55,365 nt of DNA from Candidatus Krumholzibacteriia bacterium (GCA_024762975.1 JANTGJ010000005.1:1-55365); one strand, 5' to 3'. Counted from the stretch's first letter, positions 1 through 9,372 are shown. Translations and numbers: made by a program. The notes: generated by a model from the letters alone, not told the origin.

Positions 1-790
1 GTTCTCCGGTGAGGGGTGCGGTTGGTTCCGTGCCCTCCTGAGCGTCCGTGTCGGTCTTGTCGTTTTCGGCCGCTTTCTCGGCAGCGCGCTCCTTCTCGGC
101 ACTTGCGATCGCTTTCTGCTCGACCGAACGGGTCAGAATCAGGAACGTGCAGATCAGGGCGACGGCCGTGATGCCCGTGTAGACCCAGAAGGCACCGGTG
201 ATTCCGACCGCGTGCCGGATGGGGCTGAAGAACGAGGGGAGCCAGCCGCCCAGGTTCATCAGGGCGTAGAGCATGGCGTAGCCCATGGCAGCCGTTTTTC
301 CACTGGTAAACTGCCGCACACCGGCATAGGCCGCCGGTTGATACATGCCATAGCCGATCACGACCAGAACGATTCCCACCAGGGTCATCAGGTGCAAATT
401 GCTCCACAAACCGGGTTCGGGAAAGATCAAGGGGGCAGCGGACCAGACGATACGGCCAGCCAACAGGAAGAGGAAGGCGGTCAGCAGTGTGTTGCGTACT
501 CCTCGCTTATCCGCCACCGACCCCAGGAAGAACATCGAGATGGTAATTCCGGCGGTCAGGACCATGACCATATGGTGTGAATTCACGTCAGGATTCGGAA
601 TGCCGGCAAATATGTAATCCGAGAAGTGCATGGCCAGATAGCCCAGCATGCCGAAGTAGACCCAGCCTTCCAAAAAATAGGCCAGGTTGATGCCCCACAA
701 CGCGCGAGGTGCGTGTACCAGGTCGATAAACGGTTGGATGATCTCCTGGAGGGGACTCTGCTGTTTGTCCGGAGGGGCTGCTTGGGCCAT
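1..790 (-). CDS. MFS transporter (POT/peptide-transporter-like), 3' end outside window
   Basis: Not in the ORF track; translated by hand from ATG 790: MAQAAPPDKQQ...LWGINLAYFLEGWVYFGMLGYL...FFLGSVADKRGVRNT (MFS motif A-like GxxADxxGxR)...YALMNLGGWL. Several hydrophobic helices, and the frame stays open to the window edge. Confidence 0.85.
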   Translation of the reverse strand, partial: MAQAAPPDKQQSPLQEIIQPFIDLVHAPRALWGINLAYFLEGWVYFGMLGYLAMHFSDYIFAGIPNPDVNSHHMVMVLTAGITISMFFLGSVADKRGVRNTLLTAFLFLLAGRIVWSAAPLIFPEPGLWSNLHLMTLVGIVLVVIGYGMYQPAAYAGVRQFTSGKTAAMGYAMLYALMNLGGWLPSFFSPIRHAVGITGAFWVYTGITAVALICTFLILTRSVEQKAIASAEKERAAEKAAENDKTDTDAQEGTEPTAPLTGE

Positions 791-932
791 GGTCGTGCCT
801 TTCGATTGCGGTTTGTATTCGGTCCGGCCGGACCGGGCCTGGCGATGGAACCGAGTCGGGGACCATAGCAGATCCCCGGCCCCGATACATCTGGATTTCA
901 CACCGCGGTAGGGAACCGCGATGACACGAACA

Positions 933-2654
933 TCAACGGTCGAGAGCGTCCTCGAGCTGTCCACGGATCCGTTTCCGGTGACGGGCCGCCGTCTCTTCGC
1001 AAATCGTCATCGTTTCCCGTGCCGAAGACAATGTCCGGTCCAGGAAATCCGGTTGGGCGCTCTGGTCCAGTTCCTTGAGGCCCTCGAGATTGATCAGGAC
1101 ATTGTAGTAGGCACCCTCGGCCGCCGTCAGCGCGGTCAGGATCGCCACGCCGGCGTCCGACAGGGAGGCCGCATTGCCGATTCGGGCAATCTCGCCGGCG
1201 AGTTCCAGCAACTCCGGGATTTTCTCCAAAACGGACGCCGGGACGCGGGTCGCACCGCGGGTGGCCTCGGCTATCGCCAGATTGCGGGCCTTCAGTTGCG
1301 CCTCGGTATTCTTGGGCAGGGCAAAGCAGTCCATGACAGCGTTGAAGCTGTTCGTATCGTCGTCGATGGCCTGCAGGAAGAAGTCCTTCAACTCCTGGCC
1401 GCGCTCGGCGATTTCCTTCACCCGGTTTTGGACTTCTGCGTACTTTTTCTTGCCGACGGACAGGTTGCCGACCATGGCCGTCAGTGCGGCCGCCTGGGCT
1501 GCGCACAGGGCGGCGACCGAACCACCGCCGGGCGCAGGCGAGTCGGTGGACAATTCGTCGGCGAATTCTCGATTGGTCATCGATACCAGGGGACCGTCGA
1601 CCAGCCCGGCGCGGTACTCGATGATCTTGTCGTCGGCATCGAAGGGACCCAGTTCCCGCAGACCGAGACTCTGGATCGCGGTCTCGATGATCATCTGGCG
1701 GGGAATGCCGGCCGACATTCCGGCCTGGCGCAGGTAGTGCTTGCCGGCTTCGAGCAGATCGCCCTCGGGAATCAATCCGACCAGTTCGCTGCCGGTGACT
1801 CGCACCCCGCGGTCCGTGGCGCTCTTGCTGCAGGCGTCGAATGCCTGGTGAGGCTTGGTGATCGCGGTGTTGACCAGATTAATGGAGACCTGGGCCCGGT
1901 CGTACTCCTCGATGGTCCAGCCAACGGCCTTGCAGGCGGCCAGCCGGTAGGGGCCGGGCACGAGGATGTTCTTACCCTTCTCGTCCTTGACCAGTTTCCC
2001 GGTGTCGTCGCGCTGGGCGCGGCCTGCTTCCTTGATATCGAGGGCGATCTGCGATGCGATCTTCTTGTAGCGGGTGTTCAGGTTCACGTTGTAGGCAACC
2101 AGAAAACCACGCGCGGAAACATTGGTTGCCCCGGTCCTGCTCGATCGGTCATTCCAAACGTTCGGGCCGTAGTCGGGTTTCCACTCGTCGGTACCCAGTT
2201 TTTCGGGCAGGGCCTCGTATTCGCCTTTGCGCACATAGGCCAGATTGCGGCGCTCTGGGAGAGTGGCTGCCTCCTCGTACAGGTAGACCGGGATCTCCAG
2301 CTCGTTGCCGATGCGATCGCCCACCTGGCGCGCGATCTCGACACACTCTTCCATGGTCACGCCCGCAACAGGAACGAAGGGGCAGACATCCGTGGCACCG
2401 TGCCGCGGATGGGCGCCCTTCTGCTTGCTCATGTCGATCAATTCGGCAGCACGTTTCACGACACGGAACGCGGCCTCGCCGACCGAATCCGGAGAACCAA
2501 TGAAGGTGATCACGGTGCGATTCGTATCAGCGCCGGGATCCACGTCGAGCAGATGGACGCCGTCCACTTCCTCGATGACCGAAGTCACGGAATCGATGAT
2601 GGCCTGATCGCGGCCTTCGCTGATATTGGGAACACATTCGACGAGCTTCTTCAT
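933..2654 (-). CDS. ftcd: Bifunctional glutamate formiminotransferase / formiminotetrahydrofolate cyclodeaminase
   Basis: N-terminus MKKLVECVPNISEGRD, DTNRTVIT, GAHPRHGATDVCPFVP; C-terminal cyclodeaminase domain SPAPGGGSVAAL...SDAGVA...GAYYNVLINL. Start set at ATG 2654 rather than the ORF-track 2795. Confidence 0.95.
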   Translation of the reverse strand: MKKLVECVPNISEGRDQAIIDSVTSVIEEVDGVHLLDVDPGADTNRTVITFIGSPDSVGEAAFRVVKRAAELIDMSKQKGAHPRHGATDVCPFVPVAGVTMEECVEIARQVGDRIGNELEIPVYLYEEAATLPERRNLAYVRKGEYEALPEKLGTDEWKPDYGPNVWNDRSSRTGATNVSARGFLVAYNVNLNTRYKKIASQIALDIKEAGRAQRDDTGKLVKDEKGKNILVPGPYRLAACKAVGWTIEEYDRAQVSINLVNTAITKPHQAFDACSKSATDRGVRVTGSELVGLIPEGDLLEAGKHYLRQAGMSAGIPRQMIIETAIQSLGLRELGPFDADDKIIEYRAGLVDGPLVSMTNREFADELSTDSPAPGGGSVAALCAAQAAALTAMVGNLSVGKKKYAEVQNRVKEIAERGQELKDFFLQAIDDDTNSFNAVMDCFALPKNTEAQLKARNLAIAEATRGATRVPASVLEKIPELLELAGEIARIGNAASLSDAGVAILTALTAAEGAYYNVLINLEGLKELDQSAQPDFLDRTLSSARETMTICEETAARHRKRIRGQLEDALDR

Positions 2655-3017
2655 GGGAGCGAACCCTTCGGATTGGAACGGCCCGGGCGGGCCGAGCTCT
2701 ATGCCTGGCATTGCATGGTACCGGCACCACGACGGGCGGTCCGGCGAAGTCCGTAGGGGAAAATAGCCCGACCGCCCCGGATTTTCCAGCGACATCGATT
2801 CGCCGTCAGGTGCCGGGACTTATTCTCTACCACGATGGAATCGGCAGTACCATCATGTCTCCTTTGTAACCGTACCGAAAACTCGCGCGATTGCCGGGGA
2901 TCGTACATCTCCCGGCCCCTCTCGAATCATGGCTTCGCGAGGGGGAGGAGCGGCGATTCCGCTCGTATCTGATTCTGGAATGAAGCGTTGTGAAAAGGGG
3001 AAAGAACACAAATCAAA

Positions 3018-3046
3018 TTGCAAGGCTCCCACTACGAGAGTATATT
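3018..3046 (+). promoter_or_regulatory. Sigma70-type promoter for the NYN gene
   Basis: TTGCAA (3018-3023), 17 nt spacer, TATATT (3041-3046), preceded by an A-rich UP-like tract. Confidence 0.6.
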
Positions 3047-3157
3047 TTCGATATTCAGCGCTCCGAGTTGCTCTCCCAGCGGGCAGTCTTGGTTCGTTCC
3101 CTCGCCCAGCCGGCCGGCTGACCGGTCCGTGATTGATGAACTCGAAGGTGGACGGTG

Positions 3158-3766
3158 ATGTACACTCCAAATTCGCATGACCGCGTAGCAATCTTTATTG
3201 ATGGTGAGAATATTCATTATAGCGCCAAGCATATGAACATGCGTTTGGACTATTTGAAGCTGTGCCGAAAGCTGGCGGGTCCTCGCCGCCTGGTGCGCTC
3301 CTATTTCTACACGGCCATCAGTAACCAGTCCGAGGGCAAGATCGACTTTGTGAATTTCCTGAAGCTGAATGGTTTCAAGGTGGTCACCAAGGAGATCCGG
3401 GCCTACAACGAAGGCGAAGGTTCGAGCCGCAGTGTGCGCTCCAGCCTGGATATGGAACTGGCTATCGATGCACTCGAATTATTGCCGAGCCTCGATTCGG
3501 TGATTCTTTGCACGGGCGATGGAGACTTCCGGGCGCTGGTCGATGCGATCGGCCGTCACGGTGTGCACGTCGAGGTCTGTGCTCTGCGCGAAATGACCAG
3601 CACCGATCTGATCGCCGCAGCGGACGTCTATACCGATTTGGCCTCGCTGAAGGACGAGATCGCGTTGGCGGGTTTGCCGCCCCGCGAGATCAAGAACGAC
3701 TTGCCGCCGGCCGACCAGGACGACTTCAATTCCTTCAAAAGCCAGGACACGAGTTTCGATTTCTAA
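3158..3766 (+). CDS. NYN domain protein (LabA/DUF88 family, PIN-like fold)
   Basis: VAIFIDGENI, LDMELAIDA, TGDGDFRALV, G.HVEV, LIAAADVYTDL motifs. Confidence 0.92.
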   Translation: MYTPNSHDRVAIFIDGENIHYSAKHMNMRLDYLKLCRKLAGPRRLVRSYFYTAISNQSEGKIDFVNFLKLNGFKVVTKEIRAYNEGEGSSRSVRSSLDMELAIDALELLPSLDSVILCTGDGDFRALVDAIGRHGVHVEVCALREMTSTDLIAAADVYTDLASLKDEIALAGLPPREIKNDLPPADQDDFNSFKSQDTSFDF

Positions 3767-3809
3767 CCGGTGAGATTTTCCGATGAGACCGTCCCGCGGG
3801 TCCGGTGCC

Positions 3810-4697
3810 TCAGGCGCCGGATCCGTGTTCGTACAGCAGGCGCTCGATCAGAGCACGGTAGCCACGCTGGATGCGCCGAGTCAGGGGGCCGGGGGTGCCG
3901 TCGCCGACGATGTGCCCGTCCGTGCGGATCACCGGGACGACTTCCCGAACGCTGCCGACGACAAAAACCTCGTCGGCGGCAGCCAGGTCGGCGCGGTCGA
4001 GGTCCGATTCAACGGCATCGATTCCCAGCTCTCCAGCCAGTCTTAGGATCTTTTCCCGCGTCAGTCCGGCCAAAAAACCGGCGCCTACCGCGGGCGTGGC
4101 CAGCGCGCCGTCTCGTACCAGGAAGATGTTGCTGGTCGCTCCCTCGAGTAGGCGTCCATCCGTCGCAGTCAACAGTGCTTCGGAGCAACCGGCTCGGGCC
4201 GCCTCGCGTAGGGCCAGGATTGCGGGCAGCGTATTGAGAGTCTTCAATTCGGGAATATTTCCGCGGGAGAAGCCAGCATCCAGGGTGATCGCCGCAATGC
4301 CGTCGCGGTGCCATTCGGGCAATACGGCCGGGACCGGTACGAGAGTGATCAGCAGCACCGACTCGATCGCAGCGAGATGGGCCAGCGGCAGGGGATTGTC
4401 GGGTGTACCGCCCCGGGCGATCGTGATCCGCATCCTGCCGTCGGTGTCGGTCATGGAGTTGGCGCGGGACAGTTCCCGGATGGTGTCCTGCAGGCGTTCC
4501 GGATTCGTGGGCAGGGGGAGCGCCAAGGCTGCGGCCTGGGTGCTTAAGCGGTCCCAATGTGCTTCCAGATCCAGGGGAATGCCGCGATACAGTCGCAACG
4601 TGGTATAGACACCGTCTCCGTAGAGGAAACCGCCATTCCATACGGAAATCGAGGCGGTGTTTGCGTCCTGGATCCGGTGGTTCAGGGATACGAACAT
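3810..4697 (-). CDS. Class IV PLP-dependent aminotransferase (IlvE/Dat/PabC-like)
   Basis: GFLYGDGVYTTLR, ELKTLN (PLP lysine), LLEGATSNIF, LAGLTR, ADEVFV, G.GTPGPLT. Confidence 0.92.
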   Translation of the reverse strand: MFVSLNHRIQDANTASISVWNGGFLYGDGVYTTLRLYRGIPLDLEAHWDRLSTQAAALALPLPTNPERLQDTIRELSRANSMTDTDGRMRITIARGGTPDNPLPLAHLAAIESVLLITLVPVPAVLPEWHRDGIAAITLDAGFSRGNIPELKTLNTLPAILALREAARAGCSEALLTATDGRLLEGATSNIFLVRDGALATPAVGAGFLAGLTREKILRLAGELGIDAVESDLDRADLAAADEVFVVGSVREVVPVIRTDGHIVGDGTPGPLTRRIQRGYRALIERLLYEHGSGA

Positions 4698-4844
4698 GGG
4701 CAATCCGTCCGTCCGGGGCCTTGCGATCCTGTGGCGAAGTCGCGGTGCGCGGCGTCTCCAGAATCGTACAAGCCGGCGGCGGAAGCAAGGGGCACGCGCA
4801 GGCTCCGGCGCGGCGGTTCGGAGCCCGGGCGGAATCGACGAAGT

Positions 4845-5606
4845 CTAGGCGTGAGCCTGATCCTCGGCGGCGGTCAAAGCGTTGCGCGCCTGGATCAGGC
4901 GCCCGAGTTCGAGCCTTGCTGCCTGGTTCTGGCCATCGGACTGCAGCAGAACCTCGGCTTCACGGCTGGCGCGTTCCAGTGCGCTGCGGCATCCGCTGCT
5001 GAGAAGATTCAGCAAGCGGCGCCGGACTTCCAGGCTGTTGTGCTGCGCGAGAAAGCCCTCGCAGTGATCGATCGCCTGGGAATGTCTGCCCTCGGCTTCC
5101 TCGACGTCGCAAAGATTCAATACGACGTTGCAGTGCGCCGGATCGAATTTTCTCGCCTTGAGGAAGTGCTTGCGGGCCTGCTTCAGGCGACCCTGCGCGA
5201 ATTCGAGAACCCCCAGATTATTGTGGATATCGGCATCCCGGGGGCTGGCTTTCAATGCGTGCTGGAAATCATCCCGTGCTTCGATGAACTTTTCCTGACG
5301 GGAGCGCACGACGCCACGGTTGTACAGGATATTGGGGTTTCCCGGTAGAATCGCCAGGACCCGGTCGAACGCCGTTTCGGCCTTTTGGAATTCACCCAGT
5401 GAAGAATACAGTGCGCCCAGATTATTGTGCCCTTCGGGATGTTCGGGAAAGGCATCAATGACCTGCTCGAAGCATTCCAGGGCAGCGCGCAGGTCGCCGG
5501 CCTCGAGAGCATCGGCACCTTGCTGGACCATGGCGGTCAGATCATTCCCAGGAGTGGCGGTGGGCGCCGCGTTCGATTCGGTGGCTTCGCAAGTGGCGTG
5601 GGTCAT
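4845..5606 (-). CDS. Tetratricopeptide repeat protein
   Basis: Repeated HNNLGAL, LYNRGVV, HNNLGVL, VLNLCDV TPR helices; GGAGA RBS before ATG 5606. Confidence 0.85.
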   Translation of the reverse strand: MTHATCEATESNAAPTATPGNDLTAMVQQGADALEAGDLRAALECFEQVIDAFPEHPEGHNNLGALYSSLGEFQKAETAFDRVLAILPGNPNILYNRGVVRSRQEKFIEARDDFQHALKASPRDADIHNNLGVLEFAQGRLKQARKHFLKARKFDPAHCNVVLNLCDVEEAEGRHSQAIDHCEGFLAQHNSLEVRRRLLNLLSSGCRSALERASREAEVLLQSDGQNQAARLELGRLIQARNALTAAEDQAHA

Positions 5607-5687
5607 GGATCTCTCCGATTTCTCTGCTGTGTCGACGACGAAAACAGCCCCGGAGGGCGTTCTCGGACTCTCTGGGGATTGGGAGAG

Positions 5688-5703
5688 GCAATGAGCGTGC
5701 CAG
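5688..5703 (-). promoter_or_regulatory. Sigma-54 (RpoN) -24/-12 promoter of the TPR gene
   Basis: Minus strand CTGGCACGCTCATTGC matches YTGGCACG-N4-TTGC, about 80 nt upstream of ATG 5606. Confidence 0.7.
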
Positions 5704-5933
5704 CGAGCGTGATTGGATCCGGTGACGAGCCTCCGCTTCGGGACCTGCAACGCGTTCAGGGATAAGGACTACCCTCATGCTTGTGGGGGCCTCCGGTTAC
5801 GGCCTGTTGACCTGGGAGCGGCAGGTGGCTGAAAAGTGGCCAGGCAAGGTGGAGAATTGGGCCGCGAACGGCAACTCTCCAAGCCATTGCGGGCATTCGA
5901 ACTTGGGATTTCGGAAGCAGGATAAACCGGCTG

Positions 5934-5961
5934 TTGACACGGCCCCCGGCTCTGTTACTTT
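5934..5961 (+). promoter_or_regulatory. Sigma70-type promoter of the nuo operon
   Basis: TTGACA (5934-5939), 16 nt spacer, TACTTT (5956-5961) with an extended TGn -10 element. Confidence 0.6.
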
Positions 5962-6073
5962 TGCAACAAAACGGCTTCGAAAAATCGCAGATCATTCCGC
6001 AGTACCCACGATCTGTTCTTTCTCGAGCCTTGAATTTGTCGTTCTGAACGTTCAGCCCCCGCAGGGAGCCTGC

Positions 6074-6445
6074 ATGTACGAACAATTCCTCCCCGTGCTG
6101 ATGGTCCTGGCCGTTGCCGCCGTGTTTTCCGCGGCGTTCCTGGGGATCAGTTTCTGGCTCGGCCCCAGCCGGCCGACCGCCCTGAAGAATTCCGCCTACG
6201 AATGTGGGGTCCCGGTCCGGGGGAACACCCAGATCCGCTTCTTCGTGCGCTTCTTTCTCGTGGCGCTGTTCTTTCTGCTGTTTGATCTGGAAGCGGTCTT
6301 TCTCTACCCGTGGGTCCTGCTCTTCAATCACCTGCACGCCGCCGGACACGGCGTCTTCGCGCTGGCCGAGATGGGCTCCTTCGTTGCCGTGTTGCTCGTC
6401 GGATTCGCCTACATCTGGAAGAAGGGAGGGCTGGAATGGCAGTAG
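6074..6445 (+). CDS. nuoA: NADH-quinone oxidoreductase subunit A
   Basis: AYECG, FFLVALFFLLFDLEAVFLYPW, WKKGGLEW; GGAG RBS before ATG 6074. Confidence 0.96.
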   Translation: MYEQFLPVLMVLAVAAVFSAAFLGISFWLGPSRPTALKNSAYECGVPVRGNTQIRFFVRFFLVALFFLLFDLEAVFLYPWVLLFNHLHAAGHGVFALAEMGSFVAVLLVGFAYIWKKGGLEWQ

Positions 6446-6984
6446 ACCTGGAACAGCCCAGTAATTTTCTGACATCCCGTCTGCGCCAGGCCGTCAACTG
6501 GGGACGCAAGTATTCCCTGTGGCCGCTGCCCTTCGGTACCGCCTGCTGTGCGATCGAGTTCATGAGCACGGTTTCATCCTACAACGATATCAGTCGCTTC
6601 GGGGCCGAGCTGGTGCGCTTCTCGCCACGACAAAGTGATCTGATGATCGTCGCCGGTACGATCAGCTACAAGCAGGCGCCCATCCTGAAAACGGTCTATG
6701 CCCAGATGGCCGAGCCCAAGTGGGTCATCGCCATGGGCGCGTGTGCCAGCACCGGTGGATTCTACAAGAACTACGGCACGCTGCAGGGGGCCGATCAGGT
6801 GATTCCGGTCGACGTCTATGTCGCCGGTTGCCCTCCGACGCCGGAGAACCTGCTCAATGCATTGACGCAGATCCAGGACAAGGTGGAGAAGGAGGGCCTC
6901 GTGCCCTCGTCGGTCCGGCACGCGACCCACGAACAGGTAAAGAATCAGATCCGGGACCAGGCCGGGAATCAGGCCCGCGGATGA
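6436..6984 (+). CDS. nuoB: NADH-quinone oxidoreductase subunit B
   Basis: FGTACCAIE, SPRQSDLMIVAGT, MGACASTGG, VAGCPP (cluster N2 ligands). Confidence 0.97.
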   Translation: MAVDLEQPSNFLTSRLRQAVNWGRKYSLWPLPFGTACCAIEFMSTVSSYNDISRFGAELVRFSPRQSDLMIVAGTISYKQAPILKTVYAQMAEPKWVIAMGACASTGGFYKNYGTLQGADQVIPVDVYVAGCPPTPENLLNALTQIQDKVEKEGLVPSSVRHATHEQVKNQIRDQAGNQARG

Positions 6985-7057
6985 GCCGCGCGATGATCCA
7001 GCACGCGTTTGAACCCTCTTCAGCGAACGGAGCCCCGGGGGCCCGCCGCAGGGACGG

Positions 7058-8785
7058 ATGAGTATGAGCGAGAAGCTGGTCGAAAGACTGCAGCAGGAAT
7101 TCGGGGCCGATATCCTGGCCACGAGCAATCGCCTGGGTGATGAGGTGGTTACCGTCGCGCCGGACAAACTGGCGACCGTGGCTGCCCACCTGCGGGATCG
7201 GGAAGGTTGCGAGCAGCTTTCCGATGTGGTGGGTATGGACTTCCCCGATGCCGAGCAACGGTTCGAGGTGAACTACCTCTTCCGTTCCTGGAAGAACAAG
7301 GCCCGGATCCGGGTGAAGGTACGGGTCGATGAGGACGAGTCGGTTCCGACGCTGTCGGATCTGTACCATTCGGCCAACTGGCACGAACGCGAAGTCTACG
7401 ATCTGTTCGGCGTGCCGTTCAGCGGCCACCCGGATCTGCGGCGCATCCTGACGCACCATGAATTCGAGGGACACGCACTGCGCAAGGATTACGATATCGA
7501 GCGCGGACAGGAATGTTCCGAGCCCGAAAAGCTCTTTTCGGATGAGGATATCGCACGCGCTGCCGAGCGCGCCACCAACCTCGTGGTCGAACGGCAGGGT
7601 ACTCTGGACGAAATCCACCCTTCGGATCTGTTGACGGTCAACATGGGGCCGAGTCACCCGGCCACCCACGGTGCGTTGCGAATCGAACTGCTGCTCGACG
7701 GTGAGACCATCGTCGAGGCCCGGCCCGAAATCGGCTACCTGCACCGATGCTTCGAGAAAGAGGCCGAGGATCATACCTGGGCCGAAGTCATGCCCTATAC
7801 CGACCGGCTGAACTACTGCTCCGCGATGCTGAACAACTGCATCTACGCCGGCGCGGTGGAGAAGATGTTGGGGGTCGAGATCACGCCGCGTACCCGCGTG
7901 ATTCGCGTCATCGTCAGCGAGCTGTCGCGGATCATCGACCACCTGGTCTGTGTCTGCACGAATCTCGTGGATATCGGTGCGCTGACGAACTACTGGTACC
8001 TCTACAATGTGCGTGAAAGTATCTACCAGATTCTGGAGCAGCTGTGCGGTTCGCGTCTGACGACCAACTACGCGCGTATCGGCGGCATGAGCCACGATCT
8101 GTACGATGGTTTCGAGGACGAAGTCCGGGTCAAGATGGATCAATTGAAGAAAGCCCATGAGGATGTGCTGCAGTTGATCGCGCGCAACCGGATCTTCCTG
8201 GACCGCACCGTGGGCGTGGCGCCGATGAGTACCGAGGAGGCGCTCAGCTGGGGGTGGACCGGCCCCTGCCTGCGCTCGACCGGAATGGCGGCCGACCTGC
8301 GCAAGGACTCCCCCTACCTGGGCTATGAGGAATTCGACTTCGACGTGCCCACCGGCAGCAATGGTGACACTCACGATCGCATCATGGTGCGTCTGGCGGA
8401 AATCGTGCAGAGTCGCTCGATCGTGCTGCAGGCCCTCGAGCGTCTGCCCGAAGGTCCTTTGATGATCGACAATCCAGCCGTCGTGATGCCTCCGAAGGGC
8501 AGTGTCTACGGCAGCATCGAAGGCGTGATGAATCAGTTCAAGCTGGTGTACGAGGGAATTCATGTCCCTGCCGGCGAAGGCTACGGATTCGGCGAAGGGG
8601 CCAACGGCGAGCTTGGATTTTTCTGTGCCTCGGATGGTTCAGGACGGCCGTACCGGGTCAAGGTACGCCCGCCATGCTTCCCGATCTTTTCCTCGTACCG
8701 GAAATTGATCGAGGGGAAAATGATCCCCGATGCCATCGCTACGCTGGGCAGTATCAACATCATCGCCGGCGAACTGGATCGCTGA
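7058..8785 (+). CDS. nuoCD: NADH-quinone oxidoreductase fused subunit C/D
   Basis: C part: ANWHEREVYDLFG.PF.GHPDLRRIL, GHALRKDY. D part: NMGPSHPATHGALR, GYLHR, YTDRLNY, GELDR end. Confidence 0.96.
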   Translation: MSMSEKLVERLQQEFGADILATSNRLGDEVVTVAPDKLATVAAHLRDREGCEQLSDVVGMDFPDAEQRFEVNYLFRSWKNKARIRVKVRVDEDESVPTLSDLYHSANWHEREVYDLFGVPFSGHPDLRRILTHHEFEGHALRKDYDIERGQECSEPEKLFSDEDIARAAERATNLVVERQGTLDEIHPSDLLTVNMGPSHPATHGALRIELLLDGETIVEARPEIGYLHRCFEKEAEDHTWAEVMPYTDRLNYCSAMLNNCIYAGAVEKMLGVEITPRTRVIRVIVSELSRIIDHLVCVCTNLVDIGALTNYWYLYNVRESIYQILEQLCGSRLTTNYARIGGMSHDLYDGFEDEVRVKMDQLKKAHEDVLQLIARNRIFLDRTVGVAPMSTEEALSWGWTGPCLRSTGMAADLRKDSPYLGYEEFDFDVPTGSNGDTHDRIMVRLAEIVQSRSIVLQALERLPEGPLMIDNPAVVMPPKGSVYGSIEGVMNQFKLVYEGIHVPAGEGYGFGEGANGELGFFCASDGSGRPYRVKVRPPCFPIFSSYRKLIEGKMIPDAIATLGSINIIAGELDR

Positions 8786-8828
8786 TTCGATGGACGGCAG
8801 GCGGGAAAGGTTCGCCAAGGAGAACGCG

Positions 8829-9371
8829 ATGAAGAATTCGCAGCAAGTGAAGCAGGATTTCCAGGCGACCCCGGAGACGGAGTCGCGGATTGAAAAACTG
8901 ATTCAGCAGTACCCGACCAAGGCCAGTGCGCTGATGTCCTGCCTGTGGGCGATCATGGACCAGGAGGGCTGGGTTTCGAGTGACGCGGTCGATTACCTGA
9001 CCGAGCGCCTCGAGGTCACCCGGGCCCGGGTCTACGAGATCCTGACCTTCTATACCATGTACCGCACCGAGCCGCAGGCGGACCACGTGTTGCAGGTCTG
9101 CCACAATATCAGCTGCCACATCATGGGGGCGCGAAACATCATCGCACACCTGGAAAAGCGGCTGGGAGTGCGCCTGGGCGAGACTACGCCTGACGGCAAG
9201 TTCGCCATCGAGGGAGCGGAGTGTCTGGGGGCGTGCGGCCACGGGCCGTGTCTGCAGTTGGGCAAACACCTGTACGAAAATCTGACCGCTGCGAAAGTCG
9301 ACGACCTGTTGGAGAACCTGCGTCGGGACGAGGTGCCGCGCGCGGACACCGACCGGGAACTGGAGGACTAA
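8829..9371 (+). CDS. nuoE: NADH-quinone oxidoreductase subunit E
   Basis: TFYTMY, VCHNISC, ECLGAC (N1a ligands); AAGGAG RBS before ATG 8829. Confidence 0.95.
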   Translation: MKNSQQVKQDFQATPETESRIEKLIQQYPTKASALMSCLWAIMDQEGWVSSDAVDYLTERLEVTRARVYEILTFYTMYRTEPQADHVLQVCHNISCHIMGARNIIAHLEKRLGVRLGETTPDGKFAIEGAECLGACGHGPCLQLGKHLYENLTAAKVDDLLENLRRDEVPRADTDRELED

Positions 9372-9372
9372 G

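Noticed and set aside
921-2756. 611-aa plus-strand ORF
   Set aside because: Antisense shadow of ftcd with no motifs; expected from high-GC codon bias.
2789-2801. 13-mer GCGACATCGATTC also present upstream of dnaE (about 31417)
   Set aside because: A single short match in opposite orientation relative to the two genes; compatible with chance.
5777-6073. N-terminal extensions in the ORF track for nuoA, and likewise ftcd, nuoH, DUF62, dnaE, accA and Trm112
   Set aside because: They run through promoters or upstream genes; family homology and RBS point to the later starts used here.
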